DNA of 64,000 nucleotides, from the IMG/VR virus record IMGVR_UViG_3300035696_000005, positions 32,001 through 96,000 of that record; one strand, 5' to 3'. The notes beneath the pieces were generated by a model. The model was not told the DNA's origin and searched no databases. It was given only the letters and a program-made list of their open reading frames with translations. The position numbers and the translations under genes are program-made. This stretch comes from a virus. Positions 18,042 through 27,099 of this stretch are shown here, piece after piece; position 1 is the first letter of the stretch; every line of letters begins with the position of its first letter.

Positions 18042-18305
18042 TTATTTCCATATCGCTATGTTGTCATAACGTTCATCTTGATAGTCACAGGTCGATGAAT
18101 CTATAATTTTTTCAATTTGAGTCCAGCCGGGTTCGCCATCGGACCAAAGGACCTCAGTAATACTTCTACCTTCAAGTGCCGTGATTTTCCGAATAAGCAT
18201 GTCTGGAACACTTTTGCCTGTACAAACTCCGCCAGCTACAGTGTATTGAATAATGTAACGAATTTTTTCAAGGAACCAGTCGAGATCTGCTTGGTTTTTA
18301 GCCAT
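18042..18305 (-). CDS. Hypothetical protein
   Basis: ATG 18305 (MAKNQADLD) after TAGGA. Confidence 0.6.
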   Translation of the reverse strand: MAKNQADLDWFLEKIRYIIQYTVAGGVCTGKSVPDMLIRKITALEGRSITEVLWSDGEPGWTQIEKIIDSSTCDYQDERYDNIAIWK

Positions 18306-18315
18306 AGTGATTTTC

Positions 18316-18495
18316 CTAAGCTTTAATGTTGAGAATTTCGCCTTTTGGGCTGAACTCGATTGTAAAATGAGATTCGTCAAAGTGCAGATCGATATAAATT
18401 CTATCCCCACAGTCGCTTTCATCTAGATCCACTCTTGTAAGCAGTTTGCTAAAGACGCTGCGAGTCTTGTCGAGATCTGTTTGTTTCTTTGCCAT
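18316..18495 (-). CDS. 59-aa hypothetical protein (not in ORF track)
   Basis: MAKKQTDLDKTRSVFSKLL..; SD AAGGAGGG. Confidence 0.6.
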   Translation of the reverse strand: MAKKQTDLDKTRSVFSKLLTRVDLDESDCGDRIYIDLHFDESHFTIEFSPKGEILNIKA

Positions 18496-18532
18496 GATAA
18501 CCCTCCTTGCAAATCTTATAACGGAGAATCAG

Positions 18533-19057
18533 TCAGTTTCGTGCGTACAAAGAGCCTGCTCTACGCAGGGTGCCAACATAGAAACCTTCGGTGGCGTAGT
18601 AAACAGGATTACTGATACCGAAGTTGGCGAGTTGGTGGATGGGAAGCTCGGAAGGAGTGAAGACGATAATCTTTCCAAACTCTTTGATCACTCTCCAGGC
18701 GTGAGAAAGAAACTCAGAACGAATAGCAGGATCTGAAGCGCACACAATAAGAAGATCTGCGCTGCCAGAATCAAAACCACTAAGATCGCGAGCCATCCCA
18801 GCTCCACGACAAATCTTAGGATTTTGGTCCTCAAAGTCGACTGCATCAGAAAACTCTTTTTCGCGCTTATCTGAGGATAAGGTGCTGGGCACAATGATGG
18901 TCGCCTCTAAAGCATACCCTGGAAATAGTCCCGCAAGTTCAGAAAGGTGGCTTCCGCCTACAATAATTGTATGCAGTCTTTTGGGAGGTTCAGTAAAAGG
19001 CTCAGCACTCTTTATGAACTTCGGAATTGATGCGGCTTTTGCAATCGCCTCGAACAT
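18533..19057 (-). CDS. Rossmann/methyltransferase-like fold protein, degenerate
   Basis: DLSGFDSGSADLLIVC..AWRVIKEFGKIIV resembles class-I MTase motifs II-V; weak motif I. Confidence 0.4.
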   Translation of the reverse strand: MFEAIAKAASIPKFIKSAEPFTEPPKRLHTIIVGGSHLSELAGLFPGYALEATIIVPSTLSSDKREKEFSDAVDFEDQNPKICRGAGMARDLSGFDSGSADLLIVCASDPAIRSEFLSHAWRVIKEFGKIIVFTPSELPIHQLANFGISNPVYYATEGFYVGTLRRAGSLYARN

Positions 19058-19078
19058 GACTTAAGTGTAGCACAAAGC

Positions 19079-19507
19079 TTAAGGTGAGATGATACTTCTG
19101 ATGAAAAGATCAGTGAACTTAGGCTCGTACCTAATCCAGATGATCTTTTTTGGATTGAAATCCGTATCAATAATTGGCATGCCACCCGTATCTGTGTAGC
19201 GAATGTAGCCCAGAGCTCGAAGCTTAGTGAGCCCTCCTGCAACTGTATTTGGGTGAAAACCACATTGCTCGAAACCCCAGATAATGTTACCAAGCATCCC
19301 TTCAGCAACAAAGCCCGCTTTCTTAAAACATTTGTTGAGTTCGATAAAGACCATACAGGCCGCACTTCCATCTCCCACGTCAGCAGGGATATGGGTTAAA
19401 CCATGATAAGGTGTTAGAATGACTTTTAGTGGCTCCTGGGTCGGGTCTTGCAAAATCGATGAAGGGAGGTAAAACTCCTGCATTGCTTTTTTAGGCTTTT
19501 GTTCCAT
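19079..19507 (-). CDS. Hypothetical protein (possible winged helix)
   Basis: TVAGGLTKLRALGYIRY pattern. Confidence 0.55.
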   Translation of the reverse strand: MEQKPKKAMQEFYLPSSILQDPTQEPLKVILTPYHGLTHIPADVGDGSAACMVFIELNKCFKKAGFVAEGMLGNIIWGFEQCGFHPNTVAGGLTKLRALGYIRYTDTGGMPIIDTDFNPKKIIWIRYEPKFTDLFIRSIISP

Positions 19508-19536
19508 AGTGAGTTCCCGATCAAAGAATACTGTAC

Positions 19537-19565
19537 TTGTCGCCCTAAGCCAAGTAGCTTAGAAT
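19537..19565 (+). promoter_or_regulatory. Sigma70-type promoter at start of head block
   Basis: TTGTCG-N17-TAGAAT, 9 nt before ATG 19575. Confidence 0.55.
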
Positions 19566-19574
19566 GGGAAGAAC

Positions 19575-19907
19575 ATGTTTATCCATGGATTTCAAAAACT
19601 TGCAGTCGCCGTCGTAACGCTTAGCCCTGAAAAGTACTACGAAATCGTTCGTGAGAAGGACCCTTATGTTGGGGCTCTTACAGGTGCGGCAGCAGGAGCT
19701 GCAGCTGGCGGTGCTAAGGGCGCTAAGGGTAAGAAAGCAAAGGCTGCCTTAGTTGGAGCGGGCATTGGTGCTGCAACTGGCGCAGCCACTGGCGGACTTG
19801 TTAGCAAAGGCTTAAAACACTATCAAGCACGCCGTGTTGAAAGATTGGCTCGTGAGCTAAGGCTGAGGGCAACTCCTGCACGATTTAGTTCCCACGACAA
19901 GGATTAG
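19575..19907 (+). CDS. Leader-bearing Gly-zipper protein
   Basis: MFIHGFQKLA; GALTGAAAGAAAGG and GAGIGAATGAATGG. Confidence 0.75.
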   Translation: MFIHGFQKLAVAVVTLSPEKYYEIVREKDPYVGALTGAAAGAAAGGAKGAKGKKAKAALVGAGIGAATGAATGGLVSKGLKHYQARRVERLARELRLRATPARFSSHDKD

Positions 19908-19913
19908 TCTCCA

Positions 19914-19942
19914 TAGCGTGACTTGCAAGCGTTTGATATGAT
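19914..19942 (+). promoter_or_regulatory. Candidate promoter TAGCGT-N17-TATGAT
   Basis: Same TAGCGT-N17 spacing before TATAAT at 56477-56505. Confidence 0.35.
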
Positions 19943-19966
19943 TGGACTGAAAGGGAGACTTCTATC

Positions 19967-20842
19967 GTGGCTGAGTATCGAGATAAGGAAACATTAAACA
20001 CTTTTGCCAAAATTGCCGCAGATGAATATCTAGGCAGTAACAAAACTTCTCTTAACACGACGCTTAAGAAAATCGCCTCTCAAGAACACCTCACTCCCTT
20101 CCAAATTGAATACGTCGCATCAGAAGCCAACAAGGCTGTTTGGGGGAAACTCTTTTCTATGGATAAACAAGCAAGTTACGATTTCCCTCTGGCTGATTCT
20201 AAAGAGGTCCTAAAAGATCTGCAGGTAAGTAATTCACCAGGCGAGGTAAAGACTGCGGATCTAGACTACCTGAGTCCTCCGGTTTCCACCAAGATTGCTT
20301 CTTTTGATCCTCTCAAAGCTATGGGCTTTGTTGAGGAGAATATTGAAAAGAGCGCATCAGCTCGCAAGGAAGTTAAGAGACAACTCCAATACCGTCTTGA
20401 GAAAGTCTCGCATGCCAAAGAAGAACTAGAGCGTGAGCTTTACGTTGCGAACACGAAGATCGAGGAGCTTGAAACAAGTTTTGTAAAGACAGCTCGAAAC
20501 ATGATTCTGGAATATCCTTTTGAGCAGCGCGGTGAAGCGATGGATAAGATTGCCGAGTTTCTTCGTGCCTCAAGTGAAAAGCCCGACCAAAACCGAATGC
20601 TCATCAAAAAGCTCGCACACGTGATGAAGAGGCAGGGGCTTGTTAAAGAGGCCGACCTGAAAGCTCCCGAGCAGTACATCAGTGATAAACTTCCTTGCCG
20701 TGTTGTAAACGGACGACATCAACTCTCCGTTCTCGTGAAAACCATCATGGATCAATACGACTGGAGAGATACGCTTTTCCATCGCTATGAAATCGTAGAT
20801 AGCAGTCTGCCTACGATTAAGGAGAAGATCCGTGAGCTTTAG
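19967..20842 (+). CDS. Head core/internal protein
   Basis: Multiple hydrophobic-x-K-x-A sites (FAKIAA, LKKIAS, MDKQAS, IEKSAS); coiled coil; in head block. Confidence 0.65.
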   Translation: MAEYRDKETLNTFAKIAADEYLGSNKTSLNTTLKKIASQEHLTPFQIEYVASEANKAVWGKLFSMDKQASYDFPLADSKEVLKDLQVSNSPGEVKTADLDYLSPPVSTKIASFDPLKAMGFVEENIEKSASARKEVKRQLQYRLEKVSHAKEELERELYVANTKIEELETSFVKTARNMILEYPFEQRGEAMDKIAEFLRASSEKPDQNRMLIKKLAHVMKRQGLVKEADLKAPEQYISDKLPCRVVNGRHQLSVLVKTIMDQYDWRDTLFHRYEIVDSSLPTIKEKIREL

Positions 20843-21050
20843 AGATGGCTTCGATAAAACAGCAGGCATTGTCAGTGTAATTGGCAAAGGTGCCAAAATG
20901 CTTGGCAAGGGACTTACTCGCGCTGCAAGTGGCAACATCTCTAAGCCTCTGGGTCTAATGGATTATGCTGCTGCAGGTCTAACGGCTGCGGGTGCTGCAG
21001 GACAAGCAAAAGATATGTCTCAGCAGATGAGACAGGCTGCCATGAGGTAA
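20832..21050 (+). CDS. Leader-bearing small amphipathic protein
   Basis: MSFRDGFDKTAG; AAAGLTAAGAAG. Confidence 0.7.
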   Translation: MSFRDGFDKTAGIVSVIGKGAKMLGKGLTRAASGNISKPLGLMDYAAAGLTAAGAAGQAKDMSQQMRQAAMR

Positions 21051-21053
21051 AGG

Positions 21054-22337
21054 ATGAAGAAGCTTGATTTCTCCTTCGATTCCTTGCAAAAGAACCAAGG
21101 ATTTACGAAGGGATTCATGGACAAGCTTTCTGAGGATCTGAGACATCTAGAGAAGGTGTCGGCAGCTCCTGGCACTTTATCTCAAACCTTAAAGTTCATG
21201 CTTCCTCATCTCGGTATGGCTCTAGGTGCTGCGGCTCTAACTGGCACTTATGGTTATTTTGCAGCCAAGAAGAAATATGAAGAGCACGCGGATAAACTCA
21301 AAAATAGTTTTGATGCCCTTTTGCTCACCAATAAGGACTTCAATAAAAATCCGAGTCAGTTTGTTCAAAGATTTTCCGAGCTCTCGCTAATATCTCCGAC
21401 GGTAGCTGCTAACCCAACGCTTGCTCAAAAGATCATCACACCTCGACTCGACAAAGGTTTTGATCTAGATGATGTGCACCGCCTGTCGTCGATTGAATAT
21501 CACTCAACTGTCACACCTAAACCCATGGAACCAGCGTCTTCTGCTCACGCACATGCTGCGGCTACACTAGGACGCGCTGCTGAGATCATGTATCCGATTC
21601 TCATCACGCAGCGGCTGGTTGCTCCGGTTGCAAAAGAAGTTCACCAAACCAAAGAGAAAGTACAAACGTTACCCACGGTAGCGGACATTCCGGCACCCAA
21701 GGTAATTGTTAACAAAGACGCTCTCGAAGCCATTAGGAAGAAACTTGGAGGATCTGTGCTAGGACATAAAAAAGAAGGATCGGATGATCAGCAATGGGTC
21801 AGCGATGAGTGTCTAGGCAAGATGCTAGCAGATCGCTATTGTATGTTTAAGACGGCAGGTATCGTGCCAAAGGCCGTATCAAACGTTCTCAAATCAAGTG
21901 GCAACGCCATGCACGACTACGTGAAGATCATGGCTCTTCCTTTAGCTATCGGTGGCGGTATCAAACTGGTCAGTGACATTATGAAGAGGAAGGCTGATGC
22001 ACAGACAGAACGCCAGGCAGACCAGGTCTTTTCGGGACTAAAACGCACGAACTCTTACGTTCAAGAAAACCCAGAACTTGCTGCTCAGGCATTTGATACG
22101 CTCCGCTCATTTGCTCCGGCTTTAGCTGCAAAACCATTGGTTGCAAAAACTTTCGTTGAGCACGTAATCACATCCGATGGACGCATTCCTCCGGATACTG
22201 CAAATATGCTCGCTTCGACGCAACAGCTTGTGAATCGCCTCAATGAAGCTACTGGTGGCGGGTTTGTTGAAGGGCTCAAGAGTCCGATGTCTCTTTTCAA
22301 GCACACCATCTCTTCTAAGAAGGGCGAAAAAGAGTAA
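21054..22337 (+). CDS. Internal head protein with two paralogous domains
   Basis: Repeated F..L...N.....NP....Q.F..L....P..AA.P..A unit, each preceded by LEKVSA / MFKTAG and a hydrophobic segment. Confidence 0.7.
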   Translation: MKKLDFSFDSLQKNQGFTKGFMDKLSEDLRHLEKVSAAPGTLSQTLKFMLPHLGMALGAAALTGTYGYFAAKKKYEEHADKLKNSFDALLLTNKDFNKNPSQFVQRFSELSLISPTVAANPTLAQKIITPRLDKGFDLDDVHRLSSIEYHSTVTPKPMEPASSAHAHAAATLGRAAEIMYPILITQRLVAPVAKEVHQTKEKVQTLPTVADIPAPKVIVNKDALEAIRKKLGGSVLGHKKEGSDDQQWVSDECLGKMLADRYCMFKTAGIVPKAVSNVLKSSGNAMHDYVKIMALPLAIGGGIKLVSDIMKRKADAQTERQADQVFSGLKRTNSYVQENPELAAQAFDTLRSFAPALAAKPLVAKTFVEHVITSDGRIPPDTANMLASTQQLVNRLNEATGGGFVEGLKSPMSLFKHTISSKKGEKE

Positions 22338-22339
22338 TT

Positions 22340-24277
22340 GTGGACAAGCGATTGATTCTTCCTCAGAACATCGGGGATAGAAGGGACGTCTACTTCGTCA
22401 AAGAAGATAGGCAGTTTCTGCGCAAGCACGCATCAAGCTACCACCCGAAGATTGCTGAATATATCGAGAAGGCAAAGCCCATCCCGAACCTGATTCAGGT
22501 TCTGCTCACAGCCCTTGGCGCTTACGAGTTCTGGGGACAGAATGTAAACGGGGATCGCTTTAGGGTTCCTGCTCTCACTCACGAAGGCAGCGATTACGGC
22601 TACCAAACGTTTACTTCTAACGCTAACTATTTCACCCATCACGTGAATAAAGATCCAGCACTCGCTAAAGGGCAAGTGCTTCATGCTGTGTGGAACGAGG
22701 CTGGTAAGCGCGTTGAGCTTATCGTGGGAATTAATCCATCTCTTGATCCAGAAGGTGCCGCAATGGTGGATCGTGGAGATGATGTTACGTTCTCCATGGG
22801 AGCCAAAGTCCCCTTTGACGTTTGTTCAATCTGCCATCACAGAGCGAAAACTCGCGCCGAATACTGCGACTGCCTTCGCTATATGATGAATCAGATTGAT
22901 CCGATGTCCAACCAGCTGGTTGGAGCAGACAACCTCTTTCCTAAATTTTTCGATATTAGCCGCGTTTTGATTCCAGCCGATAAAACAGCCCATATGTGGA
23001 CGAAGGTGGCTTCTGCTCTCAATCCGTACAGAGCGCTTGGAAGTGCTCAACTTGCTGAACTTCCTGCGGGCACGCTCAATAACCCGGAATATCTTCTCAA
23101 GAAAGTAGCCGAGCAGCAGGAATTCGCTCGTGAGAAGCTAGGCACACAGAAGATCTCCGCAGTGAGTAAAAACGCCACGATCACAAAGCGGGTCGAGTTC
23201 ACGGCTTCTCCCAAGCTCGTCTCGCGGCTTCAGGAATCTGTCCCAACATCAAAAGCGCTACTTCAAGAAACATCCCCATCTCTTTCAGAAAAATCTTTTG
23301 AGGAGATGGCTAAGAATCATGTATCGCTTCAACAGCTTCTTTCGACAATGGCTGTTTTGGGGATGGAGCCCACACTAGAGGAGTCTGGCCATATCTTAAA
23401 GGCATTCGGTGCTGTGCCCGAACACCTCTCCTTGGGTCCTACACATTTTCATGAAGGCGTTTCCCGTAGGCTTCTTCCTTTGGTTTCCGAGCGCTCTTTT
23501 GCTCGTCCGGTACTTACAAGAAGGATCGTTGGATTAGCAAATAAACTGGATGCCGGAGATGCGGAGACAGTTAAAAAAGCTGAGGCAATCCAAGACATTA
23601 TGTTAAGAAAACCTCAAGACAAAGGAATGCACCCCGGCTATCTTGCGGGTCTAGCTGCAGCACTTTATGCACTCTTTGGTCCTCACGCTACTGGGTTGGC
23701 ACAGGGGATTGGTAAGGCAATGGCGGATTACCCGTACATCCTTCTTCCACTAGGAATGGGGGCTTTGGCTGGGTATAAAGTTCTTTCAACTCCGACGCAG
23801 ACTGGTTTTTATAATGTTGACGATTCTTTAGCCGGTCTCTACAATAAGAGCTACCAGAGTCGTTTTGCGGAAATGCAAGCGCGACCTGTTACGGTTATCA
23901 AAACCGGGGCTGCAAAAGCCGACCCAGAGTTGGCGAAAAAAATCTTCTATGGAGTTCCTGCGATCTATCTTGGATCGAAGGTTCTAAAAGCACGTGAAGA
24001 AAGTCATCCTGAAAAGCAGCCCGGTACAATTTCACATCTCATTGCTTCAAACCCAGAACTTCTCTCAGTTGGACTCATTGGTGAGCACCTTGCCGGACGA
24101 CCAGTTAGTCAAAGGGTTGGGAAGGCAATCGAGTCCGGAAAACGAATTATCAAATCAGCATCAATCCGAGATCTAGAATTTTTAGAGGCTGTTCCTGAAT
24201 CAGAAAGAGAACTGATTTGGGATGTCGCCATCCTTGATGCTGCAGATCGCATTAACAAGAAAGTGTTAGGAGGATGA
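22340..24277 (+). CDS. Prohead maturation protease (HK97/assemblin-like Ser protease with Zn finger) plus long C-terminal extension
   Basis: NVNGDRF, HHVNKDP, FSMGA, CSICHH..YCDCL, FFDISRVLIPAD; position ahead of scaffold and capsid genes. Confidence 0.85.
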   Translation: MDKRLILPQNIGDRRDVYFVKEDRQFLRKHASSYHPKIAEYIEKAKPIPNLIQVLLTALGAYEFWGQNVNGDRFRVPALTHEGSDYGYQTFTSNANYFTHHVNKDPALAKGQVLHAVWNEAGKRVELIVGINPSLDPEGAAMVDRGDDVTFSMGAKVPFDVCSICHHRAKTRAEYCDCLRYMMNQIDPMSNQLVGADNLFPKFFDISRVLIPADKTAHMWTKVASALNPYRALGSAQLAELPAGTLNNPEYLLKKVAEQQEFAREKLGTQKISAVSKNATITKRVEFTASPKLVSRLQESVPTSKALLQETSPSLSEKSFEEMAKNHVSLQQLLSTMAVLGMEPTLEESGHILKAFGAVPEHLSLGPTHFHEGVSRRLLPLVSERSFARPVLTRRIVGLANKLDAGDAETVKKAEAIQDIMLRKPQDKGMHPGYLAGLAAALYALFGPHATGLAQGIGKAMADYPYILLPLGMGALAGYKVLSTPTQTGFYNVDDSLAGLYNKSYQSRFAEMQARPVTVIKTGAAKADPELAKKIFYGVPAIYLGSKVLKAREESHPEKQPGTISHLIASNPELLSVGLIGEHLAGRPVSQRVGKAIESGKRIIKSASIRDLEFLEAVPESERELIWDVAILDAADRINKKVLGG

Positions 24278-24280
24278 GCA

Positions 24281-24907
24281 ATGGCTACACTACAGGAATT
24301 AATGGCTGAGGTTCTTGGAGAGACCAATCAGGGTCAGGAAAAGACAGCTTCGGCATCCAAGGTTTCTTCGACAGCTGAAGTCGATCAAATGTTGGAAAAT
24401 TTGGGACTCCAAGGTGCAGAATCTGTCAAAACAGCGTCTGCTGCTGCGGAAAAGAAAAATGGAGGAAACATGAGCCTTTCTGATATCTACGAACAAATCA
24501 TGGGCGGAATCGCTCCGGAAGCTGGTCAGGAAAAGACTGCCGCTGCTGGCGACGGTGCTACTCAGACTACTGAAGGTGATGAGCAATCGACCGCATTCGG
24601 CGAACTTGTCGCTGAATACTTTGCTGAGATCGCTGAGCCTTACTACGAAAAAGTTGCTTCTGATCTTGAAACGGAAGCTGGCAAAGGCGAAACCCCGCTT
24701 CAACACGTTCAGACTGGTGGCTCAATGACCACTGCTCTTGGCAAGCCTGCTGAGCCTCGCCTTGAACAGAACCACAGCGCTTCTAGCGGTGCTGCTATCC
24801 ATGCTGCTGTTCAAAACAGCACTCCTTACGCTCTTCGTGAAGCTGCTCTGAAGAAGACGATTCTGAAGCGTATGGCTGCGGCTCCGGTTGGCAACATCGT
24901 TGACTAA
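24281..24907 (+). CDS. Scaffold/core protein
   Basis: Acidic, Ala-rich; GQEKTA twice, VKTASA, YEKVAS. Confidence 0.65.
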   Translation: MATLQELMAEVLGETNQGQEKTASASKVSSTAEVDQMLENLGLQGAESVKTASAAAEKKNGGNMSLSDIYEQIMGGIAPEAGQEKTAAAGDGATQTTEGDEQSTAFGELVAEYFAEIAEPYYEKVASDLETEAGKGETPLQHVQTGGSMTTALGKPAEPRLEQNHSASSGAAIHAAVQNSTPYALREAALKKTILKRMAAAPVGNIVD

Positions 24908-24935
24908 TTCAAAGAGTGAATGAAGGAGATTCCTA

Positions 24936-25715
24936 ATGGAAAAGAACATTTTTGACGAAATTGAAAAAATGACGGACGCTGAGAAGCAAGCGCTTCTCAA
25001 CACCCAATTCCCGGAAGAGCTTGAGAAAGAAGCTGCTGCTGAACTCGATACTTCTCTTCTTGCTGACGCTCTTTACAGCTACGGCTGGCTTCAAGCTCAA
25101 CGCGCTCTTGCAGACGTTGATGGTCTCGACAAAGTCGCTGCCGATGACCTCAAGGCTCATGAGCAAGCTGAAGAAGAGGTTGCTGAACAGATTGAGGCTT
25201 GCCTTCAGTCCCTCGGCACTCACGTAAATGAAGACGATGCTGAACTTCATAAAGAAGCTCAGGTCTGCGCTGCTTTGATCTTTGACGGCTTCAGTGACTG
25301 CATTGAACAGGGCTGCATGGATAAGGAAGCTGCTTCGGCTATGGCTGCTAAAGCTGGCAAGATGGCTATGAAAGGTCTTCACAAAATGAAGGCTGCTGGC
25401 AAGAAAGTCGGCAAGAAAGCCCTTGGACTGGCCAAAAAGCATGGTGGTAAGGCTGCACTTTTTGGTGGCGGTGCTGCTGCTGCAAAACTCCATTCCGCTA
25501 TGAGCAAAGAGTCTGGCGCTCTTACTCCGGAACAACTTGTTGAGATTGCTTCTGATGTCGCTCTTGAAAAGCAAGCTACCATTACTGTCATTGAAGATGG
25601 CATCAATAAGCTTGCTGCTAAGGGGGCTCACAAAGGTAAGAAGCTCAAGGACATGATGAAGAGTTCTAAGTCGAGCGCTTCGTCTGCTTCGTCTAAGTCG
25701 AGCAAGTCGAGCTAA
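24936..25715 (+). CDS. Scaffold/core protein
   Basis: LEKEAA, LDKVAA, LHKEAQ, MDKEAA, LEKQAT, INKLAA; Ser/Lys tail. Confidence 0.65.
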   Translation: MEKNIFDEIEKMTDAEKQALLNTQFPEELEKEAAAELDTSLLADALYSYGWLQAQRALADVDGLDKVAADDLKAHEQAEEEVAEQIEACLQSLGTHVNEDDAELHKEAQVCAALIFDGFSDCIEQGCMDKEAASAMAAKAGKMAMKGLHKMKAAGKKVGKKALGLAKKHGGKAALFGGGAAAAKLHSAMSKESGALTPEQLVEIASDVALEKQATITVIEDGINKLAAKGAHKGKKLKDMMKSSKSSASSASSKSSKSS

Positions 25716-25728
25716 GGAGTAATCAACT

Positions 25729-26211
25729 GTGCGTGTGAAGCCTCTACAAGAATTGCTGGATCAGGCAGATGCTCTCTGCAAAGGTACAGCCTTGTCTAAA
25801 GTAGCTTCCGCTCAAGAGTCTGAGGTTTCAGCTCTAGCGAATTTACTCGTTGGAGCTGAAACCGATGTCAAAGTTGATTACGATCCAGAAGCTTTTAAGC
25901 AGACTGAGATCGATAAGATTGCGGAGAGTTTAAACCGCGTTCAGACTGCATCTGAAATCGACGTGGTGCTGAAGTTGGCTGATTTTGAGAAGAAAGCCCA
26001 GGCAGAGGGATACACTCAAGAGCAGATCAATGAAGCCTTCTCGAAGATTGCTGCAGAGAAGATCGCTAAAAACATTCCGCTTTTGGCTGCAATGGGATTC
26101 GTTGGTTTCACGGGTGAGGATAAAAACTCTCCCACCAAGAAACCCGATAAGAAGAAGTCGCAGCGTCAGCTTCTCGGTCGTCTGGATCTTACAAAGAGCA
26201 TGGGGTATTAA
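25729..26211 (+). CDS. Scaffold/core protein
   Basis: LSKVAS, FEKKAQ, FSKIAA. Confidence 0.6.
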   Translation: MRVKPLQELLDQADALCKGTALSKVASAQESEVSALANLLVGAETDVKVDYDPEAFKQTEIDKIAESLNRVQTASEIDVVLKLADFEKKAQAEGYTQEQINEAFSKIAAEKIAKNIPLLAAMGFVGFTGEDKNSPTKKPDKKKSQRQLLGRLDLTKSMGY

Positions 26212-26213
26212 GC

Positions 26214-26570
26214 ATGGAAACAAAAGTGATCAGCCCCGCACAAATTAAGCTAGCTGGTGAGATGCTCAAGAAAGAGCACTCTGAGAGACTCAGACTTGAG
26301 AAAGTCGCTGCGGATTTCGAAAAGAAAGCCAAGGCAGAGAAGCTGGCATTTAGGGAAGTTGAACTAGGTATTACCGAACCCTATAAGAATTTCGATGAGT
26401 TCCAAAAGAAGGTTGCTTCTCTTTTGGATGACGACCTCGAAGTTTTGGAAAAGGCTCTTGATCGGGGCTATGGGTCTTCCCGACGTGTGGGCGAGCTCGC
26501 AGATGCGGGTGGAAAAGTAAACAATCCCTTCGAACACTTTGTTCGTACGGGTGAACTTGTAACTGAGTAA
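26214..26570 (+). CDS. Scaffold-like coiled-coil protein
   Basis: LEKVAA, FEKKAK, QKKVAS; two genes ahead of MCP. Confidence 0.6.
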   Translation: METKVISPAQIKLAGEMLKKEHSERLRLEKVAADFEKKAKAEKLAFREVELGITEPYKNFDEFQKKVASLLDDDLEVLEKALDRGYGSSRRVGELADAGGKVNNPFEHFVRTGELVTE

Positions 26571-26581
26571 GGAGAGAAATC

Positions 26582-27052
26582 ATGGCACTACCAGAAATTG
26601 TTGCACCGATTAGTGTAGATCTAAGACAGTCGGACAACCGAATTGATATTATCAAGGGCATCGAGCACCTTAAGGTGAAGGACGAGGTTATGTCTACCGC
26701 AGTTTCGAGCGGTGGAACGACTGCTGGCGACTGGCTCGTTAAGCAGGCTGGCGGACTCGCTTATCCTACTAGCACTGCTGTTCCTAACACGTTCCCTGTG
26801 TGGGTTGGCAATGACCAGTATGATGCTCAAGCAACCGGCAATGCCACCATTCTTCTTGGCGGCGGTTTCGTTTACCGCACCATTAAGTACGTCACCGGAT
26901 CTTACGTTGAAGGCCAAAACCTCACCGTTAAGAATCTTGGATCGGGTGAAAAAGTTCCGTCGGCGGCTGGCGGATCTGATCCGATTCTGGCTCGTGTTTA
27001 TACGGCTCCTGACTCCACTGGGGTCATGGAAATTTTGGTACTCGACCGCTAA
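26582..27052 (+). CDS. Capsid decoration/cement protein
   Basis: 156-aa beta-rich protein directly upstream of MCP. Confidence 0.6.
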   Translation: MALPEIVAPISVDLRQSDNRIDIIKGIEHLKVKDEVMSTAVSSGGTTAGDWLVKQAGGLAYPTSTAVPNTFPVWVGNDQYDAQATGNATILLGGGFVYRTIKYVTGSYVEGQNLTVKNLGSGEKVPSAAGGSDPILARVYTAPDSTGVMEILVLDR

Positions 27053-27099
27053 TTGCGGCTGAGTATGTGAGTTAGCTAACCCAAGGAGGAGGAAGCTAC

